DNA of 64,000 nt from an archaeon (GCA_043819075.1 JBDRFE010000002.1:114-64113); one strand, 5' to 3'. Numbered from the stretch's first letter, positions 47,618 to 57,890 are shown. The notes: generated from the sequence alone by a model not told the origin. Numbers and translations are program-made.

Positions 47618-49216
47618 TTATTTTATTTTTTTTAATTTTTTTATTACTTTTTCTTTTCCTATTGCGGTAATTAACTGCCCTAATTTCGGCCCTCTTTCTT
47701 TTTTAATTAAAAACAAATAAAATTCTTTGAATAATTCCCCTGCAGGAATATTTTTTTCTTTCCCTATTTCATAGATTTTCTGCTGGATTTCTTCTGGGTC
47801 GCTTGTTTTTTCAAGCACTCTAATTGTTTCAGAAAAGATTTCTTTCATTTTGTCTGGGGCTTCATGAATTTCTTCTGAGAACACAATCCTGTTTTCTTCC
47901 GGCGCAAATTTTTCCAGCCAGTTTTTTGAAAGCTTAATTCTTTCCTTTAATGCCTCTGCTTCTTTTTTTGTTTCAGTGCCTTTATTCATTTCATTTAATT
48001 TTTCAATTAATTCTTTTTCCTGGTAAAACCCGTTCAAGAAAGCGCATAAAGCGTAGTCTGCTTTCAATGAAATTAATTCTCTGTTATTAACTTTTACTGA
48101 ATCAAAATATTTTTTGTTTTTCAGCTGTTCAATTTCATTCCCTGTTTTTGTTTCAGCGCTTTCAGTTACTCTATCTAATTCAAGTTCAAGCAATGGAACG
48201 TCTTTCCATTCAAAGCTTCTTGTCTTCATTAATCTTTTCATATACAAATATTTTAGTGTTTCTGGCCTTGCAACTTTCAGCCAGTCAGCCGGATAAACCA
48301 CGTTACCTAAAGAAGCGCTCATTTTTGTTCCGCCAATTACAATGTGTTCATAAAAAATAGGCTCTGGGTGCGGAAAATCCAGTATTTTTTCGCATATTTC
48401 TGCGTTAACCCAGAAAGCAGAGTTTTTGCTTTCATATTCTTTTCCTGCTCCTTCTGAACAGACTTTCCAGTTCTTCCATTGCGCTGCCCACTCGCTTTTC
48501 CACACTAATTTTCCGTTTGCTTTCTTTAAATCTGATATTCCTTCAAAACCGCATCCTTTTGCAGTGAATTTTTCAAAAGCATAATCAATGCATTTGTAAT
48601 TGATTTTTGTGCCATCCACTTTTGTTATTGCAGTTGTCTGCAGATTCCCGCATTTTTCGCATATTGGCTTCCAGACACTCCAGTTTTTTCCTGTTTTGCT
48701 TCCCTGGACTTCTTCAATTATTTTTTTTACTTTTTCAGCGTTTTTCACTAATTCTATTGCGCTGTCGGTAAAGCTTCCTTTTTTGTATTCTTTTCTCATT
48801 GAATAAACTTCTGGTTCAATTAAGAGAAAGTCTTTGAATACTTTAAGGAATTCTTCTGTGAAGTGCTCTGCATAGCTTTTATGGCATCCGAATGGATCCG
48901 GAACATCTGACACAGGAAAGCCGATGAATTCTTCAAATTTTTTTGGAACCCCTTTAGGTATTTTCCTTAATGGATCCATGTCTTCTGTTACATAAATGAA
49001 TTTTGTTTTGAATCCTTTTTCTTCTAAAGCCCTTGCTTCTGCTTCGCCTCTGATGATGTCTGACAATCTTCCGATATGCAGCACCCCGGATAAAGAAGAA
49101 GAGCTTTTTACTGTCCAAGTTTTTTCTTCTGGAATTTTTTTGTCAATGAAATGAAATTTTTTCCTGTTAATTATTTTTTCTGCTATTTCGTCTGCCCAGA
49201 AAACCCATTCAGCCAT
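47618..49216 (-). CDS. lysK: lysyl-tRNA synthetase, class I (archaeal type)
   Basis: N-terminal WADEIAEKI...SGVLHIGRLSD (HIGH-like) and KMSASLGN (KMSKS). About 530 aa, typical of LysRS-I. Confidence 0.75.
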   Translation of the reverse strand: MAEWVFWADEIAEKIINRKKFHFIDKKIPEEKTWTVKSSSSLSGVLHIGRLSDIIRGEAEARALEEKGFKTKFIYVTEDMDPLRKIPKGVPKKFEEFIGFPVSDVPDPFGCHKSYAEHFTEEFLKVFKDFLLIEPEVYSMRKEYKKGSFTDSAIELVKNAEKVKKIIEEVQGSKTGKNWSVWKPICEKCGNLQTTAITKVDGTKINYKCIDYAFEKFTAKGCGFEGISDLKKANGKLVWKSEWAAQWKNWKVCSEGAGKEYESKNSAFWVNAEICEKILDFPHPEPIFYEHIVIGGTKMSASLGNVVYPADWLKVARPETLKYLYMKRLMKTRSFEWKDVPLLELELDRVTESAETKTGNEIEQLKNKKYFDSVKVNNRELISLKADYALCAFLNGFYQEKELIEKLNEMNKGTETKKEAEALKERIKLSKNWLEKFAPEENRIVFSEEIHEAPDKMKEIFSETIRVLEKTSDPEEIQQKIYEIGKEKNIPAGELFKEFYLFLIKKERGPKLGQLITAIGKEKVIKKLKKIK

Positions 49217-49292
49217 TAATTCACCTGAATAAAACTAGTTGCAAATAGTATTTAATTGTTAATTTGTTTTTTTGTGTGTTGAAAGCTTTCAG

Positions 49293-50036
49293 TCAGCTTT
49301 CATCGTAGGCTTCTTCTATTCCGTGGATTTTGATTCCGTCTTTTGTTATTGTTAATGGATGCAAATCTTCTGAATGTTTTGTTGAACGCATTTTCCTTAT
49401 ATGCACTGTCCTGTTTGTTCCGCCGCCGCCTATTCCAGAGTAATGCAGTACTATTACTCCGTCAACAACGTATTCTTCTACTTCGTATCTGCCGAATTTT
49501 GCTGTCCCTTCCTGTATTTCAGAGGTCATGATTGATGTAACGCCTATTCTCATCAGCATATAGCTTAATTTGAGTATTGCTTTTCTTGTCTCGTTTTCGT
49601 TGTCAAAATTGAATCCTAATGCAGGAATTGAGTCAATTACAACTCTTTTTGCGCCGATTCTTTTTGTTACTCTCATTATTTCAAGCAATAGTTTATCCAA
49701 GTCAAATCCTGTCATTGGCAGAGAAAATTCTTCTTCTGATGGCATTCCAATTCTTGCAACGCTTCCGTCTATTATGCTTAACAGTTTTTTTTCCTCTAAT
49801 TTTCTTAAATCCCAGCCAAATCTTGTAACATCTTCTCTTATTAGTTCAGGTCTTTCATCTAAAGTAACATAAATTCCTGGCTCATTGTATTTTACTGCCC
49901 CGTTGTAAATGTATTGCATTGAAAAAATTGTTTTTCCTGTTCCGCATGCACCTGAAACCAGCACAGCCCTTTTTTCCGGAAAGCCTCCTTCAAGCAGTTC
50001 ATCTAATCCAGTTATTCCTGTTTTAACTCTTTTCAT
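49293..50036 (-). CDS. KaiC/RadA-like RecA-superfamily ATPase
   Basis: GITGLDELLEGGFPEKRAVLVSGACGTGKT Walker A in a KaiC-domain context. 247 aa. Confidence 0.8.
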   Translation of the reverse strand: MKRVKTGITGLDELLEGGFPEKRAVLVSGACGTGKTIFSMQYIYNGAVKYNEPGIYVTLDERPELIREDVTRFGWDLRKLEEKKLLSIIDGSVARIGMPSEEEFSLPMTGFDLDKLLLEIMRVTKRIGAKRVVIDSIPALGFNFDNENETRKAILKLSYMLMRIGVTSIMTSEIQEGTAKFGRYEVEEYVVDGVIVLHYSGIGGGGTNRTVHIRKMRSTKHSEDLHPLTITKDGIKIHGIEEAYDES

Positions 50037-50106
50037 TTAATCCCCTTTTTTTTATTATAAGGCTTTTTGTTTAATAAAAACTTTTGTGTTTGCCTTTTTT
50101 TAACCT

Positions 50107-51927
50107 TTAAACCCTGCTTACCTCTTTCACTCCGTCAATTCCCTTTATTTTTTCAATTATTTTTGTTATTGTTTCAGGTTTTTTTGCCTGTAGCGTGAAC
50201 TTGCATGAAATATTTTTGTTTTCAACTTTTGCTTCAGTTGAAACAGCTTTTGCTTTCATTGAAGCTATTGCATCAAGTATGTCAGTCAAAAGATTTATTT
50301 TTTCTATTGCCTCAATTTTTATTTCAGTGCTCGTCTCCGTTTTCCCGACCATTCCCCAGTTCAAAGGGATTATTTTTTTCTTGTTTTCCCTTAATAAATT
50401 AGGGCAGGTTTCTCTGTGGACAATCAGCTTTCTTTTGGTTGTTTTTATTGCAAAAATTTTGTCCCCTGAAATCGGGCTGCAGCATTTTGCAATCTTTATT
50501 GAGTCAATTATTTTTTTTCCTGTTTTTTCAGGGATTTTTTTTGTTTTTGTCACCTCTATTTTAAGGAAATTCATTATTCTTGCTTTCGCTTTCTGGCTTT
50601 TCACTATTGACAGCCATTGTTTTTTTGGAAACTGTTTTTTTGAGGTGATTATTTCAACTAAGTCCCCGTTTTCAAGCTTGTGGTCAAGCTTTACCAGCTT
50701 GCCGTTGACTTTTGCTTTTTCGCAGCTGTTGCCAAGGCTTGAATGGATTGCATAGGCAAAATCCAATGGAGTTGAATTCAACGGAAGCTCTATTATTTTG
50801 TCTTTTGGCGTTAGAGTGAAAATTTTTTTTTCTTCAAAGCTTAAGTTAAATGTTTCAAACATTTTTTCTTTTTTGTTTTTTCTCTGCCATTCAATCAGTT
50901 CTCTTGCCCATGTAAGCTTTCCGTCAAACTCCTTGTCTTTTTTCAGCTCCTTGTATGCCCAGTGAGCAGGCATTCCTTCTTCTGCTTCAATATGCATTTG
51001 CATTGTCCTTATTTGTGCTTCAAATACTTTTCCGTCAGCTGTTTTAAGGTCTGTGTGAATTGACCTGTAATTATTTTTTTTTGGGCTTGCAATGTAGTCG
51101 TCAAACGACCCAAGCAATGGCTCGTGCATTGAATGAATAAAGCCAAGTATCAGGTAGCATTCTTTTATTGTGTTGCAGATTATCCTTACTGCTGTAAGGT
51201 CACGCAGGTCTTTTAGCCTGCATTTTTTTTTCTTCATTTTTTTGTATATTCCGTAAAAGTTTTTTGTCCTGCCGATTATGTTTGCGTTAATTCCCTCTTT
51301 TTTCAGTTTTTTCCTTATTTCTTCAACTATTTTTTTTAGTTCTGAATCCCTTTCTTTCCTGGTTTTTTTCATTGCATTTTTTATGGCATTGTATGCTTTT
51401 GGCTCTATTATTCTGAATGAAAGATCTTCAAGCTCCCAGTTTATTTCTTCTAATCCGAGTTTTTGGCTTATCGGGCAATAGACTTCCATAACATTTTTTG
51501 CGAGCTCTTCATTGCTTTTCGTGTTCCTGAGTTCAGCCAGTTTGGCTGAAAGAATTATTATTATTGTTCTGATGTCTTTTGTTGTTGCAAGAATTATTTT
51601 GCTTAATGTTTCTGGGCTGAAATTCTTGTTCTGGGATTCAATTTTTTTTATTTTCCTTGTTTCCATCACAAGCTTTTGTGCATCTTCATTTAGCTCTTTC
51701 AGTATTTCTTCTTCTTTTAATCCGGTTTCCCAAAGCAGTGCAGCCGAAATTGTGTTTTCTTTTAATCCAAGAGAAACAAGAGTGAATGCGGTGTTAAGCG
51801 CGTTTGAAAGCTGTTTTCCTTCAAGGTGGTTTTTTGCGAGTTCTGTGGCTTTTTTTATTGTCAGCAAATCAGTGTCTTTTTTCAAGGATTTAAACAAGTC
51901 ATTTGCTGAAACATTTTTGTATTTCAT
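50107..51927 (-). CDS. RelA/SpoT-homologue (long RSH) (p)ppGpp synthetase with degenerate or truncated HD domain, TGS and ACT domains
   Basis: Synthetase motifs GRTKNFYGIYKKM, DLTAVRIIC, DYIASPKKNNYRSIHT, EAQIRTMQMH, AEEGMPAHWAYKE. TGS-like PLDFAYAIHSSLGNSCEKAKVNGKLV...NGDLVEIITS. C-terminal ACT-like fold. The N-terminal 150 aa lack the HD dyad. Confidence 0.8.
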   Translation of the reverse strand: MKYKNVSANDLFKSLKKDTDLLTIKKATELAKNHLEGKQLSNALNTAFTLVSLGLKENTISAALLWETGLKEEEILKELNEDAQKLVMETRKIKKIESQNKNFSPETLSKIILATTKDIRTIIIILSAKLAELRNTKSNEELAKNVMEVYCPISQKLGLEEINWELEDLSFRIIEPKAYNAIKNAMKKTRKERDSELKKIVEEIRKKLKKEGINANIIGRTKNFYGIYKKMKKKKCRLKDLRDLTAVRIICNTIKECYLILGFIHSMHEPLLGSFDDYIASPKKNNYRSIHTDLKTADGKVFEAQIRTMQMHIEAEEGMPAHWAYKELKKDKEFDGKLTWARELIEWQRKNKKEKMFETFNLSFEEKKIFTLTPKDKIIELPLNSTPLDFAYAIHSSLGNSCEKAKVNGKLVKLDHKLENGDLVEIITSKKQFPKKQWLSIVKSQKAKARIMNFLKIEVTKTKKIPEKTGKKIIDSIKIAKCCSPISGDKIFAIKTTKRKLIVHRETCPNLLRENKKKIIPLNWGMVGKTETSTEIKIEAIEKINLLTDILDAIASMKAKAVSTEAKVENKNISCKFTLQAKKPETITKIIEKIKGIDGVKEVSRV

Positions 51928-52048
51928 TCATAATATTTTTCATTGAATACTGCTTTAATTTTATTCTTTGCCCATTTTTTCTCTGGTTTTAAGGCAGTTT
52001 AAGGTAGTTTTATTTACTTGTTTGTTTTTTTATTGTTATGGTGTTTTA

Positions 52049-52783
52049 ATGCCGGTAATTGCAGGAAACTGGAAGATGAACAAAAGCATTCCAGAAACAA
52101 ACGATTTTTTCAAACAATTCAACAAACTTGTTTCTAAAACAAAAAACAAAATTGTTGTGTTCCCTTCTTTTCCGTGCATTCCTGCTGCAAGAAAATCTGC
52201 TTCAAAAAAAATTTTTATCGGAGCACAAAACATTTTTTTTGAGGATTCAGGCGAATTCACTGGCGAGGTTTCTTTAACCCAGCTGAAAGGATTATGCGAT
52301 TTTGTTGTTTTAGGGCATTCTGACAGAAGGCAAAAGTTTTCTGAATCAAGTGAATTAATCAACAAAAAAGTTAATTCTGCTTTAAAGCACAATTTTAGTG
52401 TTATTTTGTGTGTTGGGGAAACTTTTAGTGAAAGGGAAAGCAATCTCACAAACACTGTTTTAAGCGAGCAATTAAGTGATTCCCTGAAAGGAATTCCTTT
52501 TTCTCCGAATCTTTTGATTGCTTATGAACCTGTCTGGGCAATTGGTTCTGGGCAGACTGCAAAACCAAAAGACATTTTCCAGGCGCATTCTTTTATTAAA
52601 AGCCAGTTAACCGAGCTCTTCGGCGAAAAAGCAAGCCAGATAAAAATCCTTTATGGCGGAAGCGTTAAGCCTGAAAACATTAAAGAAATTTTTTCTGTTG
52701 AAAACATTGACGGGGTTTTAGTCGGTGGGGCATCGCTTAATCCTGTTTCTTTTGCAAAAATAGCTAATTATATTAAATCATAG
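52049..52783 (+). CDS. tpiA: triosephosphate isomerase (bacterial/eukaryal-type)
   Basis: PVIAGNWKMN, and a YEPVWAIGSG-type active-site region (AYEPVWAIGSGQTA). Start taken at MPVIAGNWKMN. Confidence 0.85.
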   Translation: MPVIAGNWKMNKSIPETNDFFKQFNKLVSKTKNKIVVFPSFPCIPAARKSASKKIFIGAQNIFFEDSGEFTGEVSLTQLKGLCDFVVLGHSDRRQKFSESSELINKKVNSALKHNFSVILCVGETFSERESNLTNTVLSEQLSDSLKGIPFSPNLLIAYEPVWAIGSGQTAKPKDIFQAHSFIKSQLTELFGEKASQIKILYGGSVKPENIKEIFSVENIDGVLVGGASLNPVSFAKIANYIKS

Positions 52784-52818
52784 AAAAGAAAAATAAAAAA
52801 ATAGGGATGAAAATGCAG

Positions 52819-53271
52819 TTAACTGCATTTTCCAATTAATCCTTTGTCGCCTATCTGGACCAAGCCTGTAACATTTTTTGAATTGTATGTGAACATCACG
52901 TTTTTGTCAAAGCCTGCCCCAAGGTTTCCGCATGCGTTTAACGCTGTTAACTGAACAAGTTTTCTTTCTCCTGCGTTAAATGAAACGCTTGCAGCCAGAG
53001 TGCCTACTCCGTCAAACTTTACTTCAGTTAAAGTCAGCTTGTTTGCTGAAACATTTTGCACTTCCAAGTCAGCTGTTGTTCCACTGAACTTGTATTCAAG
53101 CATTGTGAAAGGCGAAGTGCTCTGCCAGTAAGCTTTTGACTGCTGTTCTGTTATGCCTCCGCTTAATCCAGGAACCCAGCCCATTACCCCGACAACAACT
53201 AATGCAATTACAATTATTACCGCAAGAATAATCAAGTATTCGGTTGTTCCCTGTGCTTTTCTTCCGAACAT
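52819..53271 (-). CDS. type IV pilin-like protein with class III (prepilin) signal peptide
   Basis: MFGRKAQGTTEYLIILAVIIVIALVVV has a short basic leader, a G/A cleavage context, E at +5 and a hydrophobic helix. Confidence 0.65.
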   Translation of the reverse strand: MFGRKAQGTTEYLIILAVIIVIALVVVGVMGWVPGLSGGITEQQSKAYWQSTSPFTMLEYKFSGTTADLEVQNVSANKLTLTEVKFDGVGTLAASVSFNAGERKLVQLTALNACGNLGAGFDKNVMFTYNSKNVTGLVQIGDKGLIGKCS

Positions 53272-53348
53272 TTTTTCCCTCCTTTTTTTTGCAAAATAAA
53301 ACAATTATGCTATCTATTTAGTCGGTTTTCATTTATATTCTTTTCTCA

Positions 53349-54356
53349 TTATAAAACCGAAATAAACCCTGAAACCAGTGTTTTGAACCCAAAAAACAAT
53401 ATCACTGATGCAATGAATATTACTGGAAAATATTTTATTCCAAGCTGGGGTTTTCTTTCAGTTAATACTCCAATGAACAGGCTTGAAAGAATTGCATTTC
53501 CGAAAAACAGCACTAAAGCCATTTTCTGCATGAAATCTGGCGTGATGAGCAGTTCAGAGCTTAGGAAGCCAACATTAATTGTTCCTGTTGTTGTTTGTTG
53601 TGCCTGAATTGAAGAAATCATTTCAAGGAATTGCACTGAAATTGACATTAAAAGCGGGGTGGCAACAATTATTACAAACAACACAAACATTACATACATT
53701 TTTGTCCCTGAAATCATTTCTTTTTTCAGTTCATCTGTTTTTGAAATATCTTCTGCACTGGCTTCAAGAATGTTTGCAAGCTTTCCCCCTGACTTCAGGC
53801 TTTCAGAGAAAAATGAAACGCTTTCGCTTAAAATCCTTGAATCAATTTTTTTTGCCAGTTCTTTCAGTGAGCCGCTGAATGATTCAATGCCAAGGCTTTT
53901 GGCTGTAACTGTTTTTATTTCTTCTGCTAAAGGGCCGAATTCTTCTCTTGAACTGCTTTTGAATGCATAAAATGGTGTCATTCCTGACCTGAGGTTTGAT
54001 GCAACTAACAGCAGGAAATCAGGCAGAACGCTTTCAACTCTTTTTCTCCTGTCATCAATCTGGTATTCTAAATGCAGGTAATAAAGGAATAAAGTTGTTG
54101 CAAAAAAAATTATGCCAAAAATTATTCCTGCAAGAAACTGCAATCCAATTTCAGTGAATTCAATGAATCTTCCAAGGCTTAAAGGCATCAAAAAACCAAT
54201 CAAAAAAAATAATACTGCAAGCATTAATCTTTTTCCAAGCCAGGTATCTGTGTCCTGGCTTATTCCTGCAAAATCTAATCTGGCTGAAACAAGTTTTCTT
54301 TTTTTTTCAGGCACCAGCTCTGAAAGCCTTTTCTGGATTAATTCAAGTTGTTTCAC
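53349..54356 (-). CDS. type II secretion system F-domain membrane protein (FlaJ/TadC-like)
   Basis: Polytopic, with a T2SSF-like cytoplasmic domain. Adjacent to the FlaI/TadA-like ATPase. Confidence 0.6.
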   Translation of the reverse strand: MKQLELIQKRLSELVPEKKRKLVSARLDFAGISQDTDTWLGKRLMLAVLFFLIGFLMPLSLGRFIEFTEIGLQFLAGIIFGIIFFATTLFLYYLHLEYQIDDRRKRVESVLPDFLLLVASNLRSGMTPFYAFKSSSREEFGPLAEEIKTVTAKSLGIESFSGSLKELAKKIDSRILSESVSFFSESLKSGGKLANILEASAEDISKTDELKKEMISGTKMYVMFVLFVIIVATPLLMSISVQFLEMISSIQAQQTTTGTINVGFLSSELLITPDFMQKMALVLFFGNAILSSLFIGVLTERKPQLGIKYFPVIFIASVILFFGFKTLVSGFISVL

Positions 54357-55237
54357 ATTATCACCTTTGGCTTCCTGTTTTTTACAAAACCAATCAATAT
54401 AACCTGAACTGCAAAGGCAAAAAAAATTGTTGCCATTACATGAATTTCACTTATGTCAGAGCCGCCCATTGAAGAAAGGATTATAAGAAAAGTTATTCCT
54501 AAAGTCGGAATTGCTGCAGCCAAAAGCAAATACATTAAAATCCATAAATTGAGTTCAGCTGAATAATTTTTTATTCCCCTTAACTGGTTTGATGTAAGAG
54601 TGTTAATTGTTGTTTCTAATGCACCTGTAATGCTTGCCCCGCTTTTAATTGAAGTTACAATCTGCCAGCAGGCTTTTTTTAAGTACTCTGATTTGGTGCG
54701 CAAAGCCATTTTTTCCAGTGCTTTTGCTTCTGGTGTTCCTGCAACAATTTCTTTTACAACTAACCGAAATTCTTTTGATACAACGCCATAATCTGCTTTT
54801 GCAGTGTTTTCAATTGCATTAAATAGCGGAACACCTGATTTTGTCTGCAAAAGCATTCCCTTTAATGCAAAAACAAGGTCCTGGTCTATTCCCAAGGCAA
54901 TGTTTTTTGAAATTATTCCAGGGTAAATTATGTGCAGGAAAAAAAATAATACAAAAAAAGCAAACCCGATTAATAAATTCACGGGAAAAACTGTTTCTAA
55001 ACTAAAATCCCTTAAAAAAATAAGCATTGTTCCAAGCAAAAAAAATACTGTTCCATAAACCAGGGCTGAAATAATTGATGCAGTAAGGTATTCTTCTGCT
55101 GAAAGAGGTATTTCTGCTTTCTTTAAATCATATTTTGTTCCTACAAAAATTTTCTGCAGGAAGTTTCCAACAAACAAAATCCTTTTATTGAATTTTTTTG
55201 CCTGTTCTGTTGAAAAAACAAGGAATTTTACTCTCAT
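54353..55237 (-). CDS. type II secretion system F-domain membrane protein (FlaJ/TadB-like)
   Basis: T2SSF domain (LKGMLLQTKSGVPLFNAIENTAKADYGVVSKEFRLVVKEIVAGTPEAKALEKMA). A 4-bp overlap with the downstream paralogue. Confidence 0.6.
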   Translation of the reverse strand: MRVKFLVFSTEQAKKFNKRILFVGNFLQKIFVGTKYDLKKAEIPLSAEEYLTASIISALVYGTVFFLLGTMLIFLRDFSLETVFPVNLLIGFAFFVLFFFLHIIYPGIISKNIALGIDQDLVFALKGMLLQTKSGVPLFNAIENTAKADYGVVSKEFRLVVKEIVAGTPEAKALEKMALRTKSEYLKKACWQIVTSIKSGASITGALETTINTLTSNQLRGIKNYSAELNLWILMYLLLAAAIPTLGITFLIILSSMGGSDISEIHVMATIFFAFAVQVILIGFVKNRKPKVIM

Positions 55238-55247
55238 TTATTTCACT

Positions 55248-56981
55248 TCAGATTTTATCCAGATTAATTTTTTTTTCTGATGCATTAATTATTGTTTCAG
55301 GGTTGCTGTAATATAATTCCATTACTTTTCCCACTTCGTTAACTGAATTAATTTTTTTTTCAGCCATCCATTCAAGGATTTTTTTTCTTTGCTGTAAATC
55401 CTTGTTTATTTCCTGTTCTGTCAGCCCTGTATGAATGTTTAATTCCCCGTAAAATTTTACCGGCTCTTCTGTTTTGTCCCATGAATCAGTTCTAGGAGAC
55501 CAGCGGTAAATTGTGTTGATTGAAACGCTTCCTTCATGAGAGCCGGTTTCAATTTCACTTATTTCTAATGTCCTTCTCTTGTTTGTTTTTCTGTCCCTGT
55601 ACTGAACTAAAACCAAATGCAGTGCTTCTATTTCTAATGCAGGAATTTCAATCGGCGGCTCTGTCAGCCTTCTAATCAATTGATAACCTGAATCAGCGTG
55701 CATTGTGGAATAAACTGAATGCCCTGTATGCATTGCTTCAAACAATACTTCTGCTTCTTTTCTTTTCCTCATTTCGCCTAAAATTATTCTGTCAGGCCTC
55801 ATTCTAAGAGAGGACATCATTAAGTCAAACATGCTTATTTCTCCAAGGCCTTCTGGGTTAGGGTTTCTTGTTGTTAACGGAATCCAGTTCCATTTAAGGT
55901 AATCAGGCAGAGTTAATTCTCTTACGTCTTCTATTGTTATTATTCTATGATAGCTTGGAATCATTGCACATAAAGTGTTTAATGCAGAAGTCTTTCCTGA
56001 AGCAGTTGAGCCTGCGACCATTAAATTCATTTCATAGTGTATTGCCATCCACAAAAAAGCCGCCATCTCTGAATTCATTGTATGCTTTTCCTGAATAAAA
56101 TCTGTTATTGTCCAGGGTTTTCTTGCAAACTTTCTTATTGTAATAGTGTTTCCTAAAGAAGAAACAGGGAATAAAGTGGAATTAACTCTGTCTCCGGTTC
56201 CTAAATGAGCATCTAGAATAGGATTTAATGTTGTTATTTCTCTTCCGACTTTTCTTGCAATCTGTGCCGCATAATTTTTTATTAATTCCTCTGATTCAAG
56301 CATTATGTTTGTTTTCAGCCAGCCGAATTCTCTGTGATAAACTGCAATAGGCGTTATAGAAGAATTTATTGCAATTTCTTCAAGCAAATCGTCTTTCATC
56401 AGCAATTCAAGTTTTCCCATTCCATACATTTCATGCAATAAGATTCCTGCAAGCTTTTCAGTTATTTTTTCCTGGTTTTCTGGCAGGTATTTCAGCAGGG
56501 TTTTGTTCACTGTTTGAATGAATTTTTTCTTTAATTTCTCGTTTTTTTCGTCTTCATCCCCTGGTTCAATTTCAATGTTTTTTGCGATTTCTTCTTTTAA
56601 TTCGTCAATGAATTTTTGTGTTGCGGAATCAATTTCATCGAATTCAACATTGTATTGGTGTGTCCTGCTTCCTTTTTCTTCTGTAATCCTTGTTTTTGCT
56701 TTGGTGTTGTCTGCATTCAATTCATATTCTAATAAAATTTTTTGCGCTTTAACAGGTATTTCAGGCCCTAATTTTATTTCTTTTTCAATTTTTATGAAAG
56801 GCTTTGACAAAACGTTTGCAGGGTAAATTACGTTCAATAACCCTGTTTTTTCCATTATTTTTGCAGTTAATTCAAGTTTTTCTTTTTCCCATCCCAGTTC
56901 AGCTGAAATTTCTTCAATTGAAAGCTTTTTTTCCCTGTTAAGGAGTTCAGCTAATTCAAGGATTTTTGTTTTTATTATCAT
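55248..56981 (-). CDS. type IV pilus/archaellum assembly ATPase (FlaI/TadA/VirB11 family)
   Basis: Walker A LMVAGSTASGKTSALNTL. Asp-box and His-box region (RIITIEDVRELTL...PDRIILGEMRKRKEA). Confidence 0.85.
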   Translation of the reverse strand: MIIKTKILELAELLNREKKLSIEEISAELGWEKEKLELTAKIMEKTGLLNVIYPANVLSKPFIKIEKEIKLGPEIPVKAQKILLEYELNADNTKAKTRITEEKGSRTHQYNVEFDEIDSATQKFIDELKEEIAKNIEIEPGDEDEKNEKLKKKFIQTVNKTLLKYLPENQEKITEKLAGILLHEMYGMGKLELLMKDDLLEEIAINSSITPIAVYHREFGWLKTNIMLESEELIKNYAAQIARKVGREITTLNPILDAHLGTGDRVNSTLFPVSSLGNTITIRKFARKPWTITDFIQEKHTMNSEMAAFLWMAIHYEMNLMVAGSTASGKTSALNTLCAMIPSYHRIITIEDVRELTLPDYLKWNWIPLTTRNPNPEGLGEISMFDLMMSSLRMRPDRIILGEMRKRKEAEVLFEAMHTGHSVYSTMHADSGYQLIRRLTEPPIEIPALEIEALHLVLVQYRDRKTNKRRTLEISEIETGSHEGSVSINTIYRWSPRTDSWDKTEEPVKFYGELNIHTGLTEQEINKDLQQRKKILEWMAEKKINSVNEVGKVMELYYSNPETIINASEKKINLDKI

Positions 56982-57023
56982 TTTTCTGCCTTCACCAATA
57001 ATACTGTTTTTTTATTAATAAAC

Positions 57024-57890
57024 CTAACTAAACTTCTTTAATTCAATTAAAGAACTTGAATTAAGATCCTGCTGAAAATAATTCAAATCAATGTCAGCAA
57101 AAACTTTTAATCCAGAATTCAGGTCAAGCTGGGGCATTACAGCCTTTAATGCAAGCAATGTTTTTTTCTGGCCAAAAGTTTTATTCCACACTCTTACAGC
57201 ATTAATTTTTCCTTCAAAACTTCCAAAATGAATTTCTATTACGTCTTCTGCACTGCCTGAAAACCTTATTACAATAACATTATCTGAAAGCGAATTAACC
57301 TGAAGGATTTCATGTTTTTCGTTAAGTGAATTCAGGTCAGAATAATTAAAGTTAACAGTTAAATCCGGGCTTGAAGTGAAAAGTGTTTCATTCACTTGAA
57401 TTGAACTCGCATTTACATTAAGGTTCAAGTCAATTGAAACTGCATTGGTGTTCCTGTTTTCAGCAAAAAATTCCGCTGAACTCCCTGCACCAAAACCATA
57501 TTCATATACTAATCCGTTGCTGAACTTAACTGGAACAGAACTGCTTATTCTTTCAGAGCCGATTTTTATTTTCGTGTTGTTTACCGCAGAATAGCTGGTT
57601 TCAGCGAATTCCTTGAATTTGTTTATTCCTGCAATTTTGCTGTATTCTGCGGGAAGGGTTTCAATGAAAGTTATTTCAAGGTTTGGTTCAATTTGAATGC
57701 TTATTTGTGTTCCCAGAATTTCGCTTAAATCAAACCCCAAATCATCTTTCACAAATTCTGCCTTAGAATACTTTTTTATGTCATTAAAAGAATAATTCCT
57801 GTCCTGTGCATTTTGCGAGTAAAACACTGAAAACAACATCATTGAAGAAAGCAGGATTATTGCGCTAAAGCTTATTATGTATCCTTTCAT
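57024..57890 (-). CDS. pilin-like/secreted hypothetical protein with N-terminal hydrophobic anchor
   Basis: MKGYIISFSAIILLSSMMLF N-terminus. S/N-rich body. Confidence 0.4.
   Translation of the reverse strand: MKGYIISFSAIILLSSMMLFSVFYSQNAQDRNYSFNDIKKYSKAEFVKDDLGFDLSEILGTQISIQIEPNLEITFIETLPAEYSKIAGINKFKEFAETSYSAVNNTKIKIGSERISSSVPVKFSNGLVYEYGFGAGSSAEFFAENRNTNAVSIDLNLNVNASSIQVNETLFTSSPDLTVNFNYSDLNSLNEKHEILQVNSLSDNVIVIRFSGSAEDVIEIHFGSFEGKINAVRVWNKTFGQKKTLLALKAVMPQLDLNSGLKVFADIDLNYFQQDLNSSSLIELKKFS

Noticed and set aside
53303-53314. Ninth copy of the AGTTATGTATA motif (aattatgctatc) upstream of the pilin gene
   Set aside because: It matches only 9 of 12 core positions and lacks the A-run/CC prefix, so I treat it as doubtful rather than a true copy.
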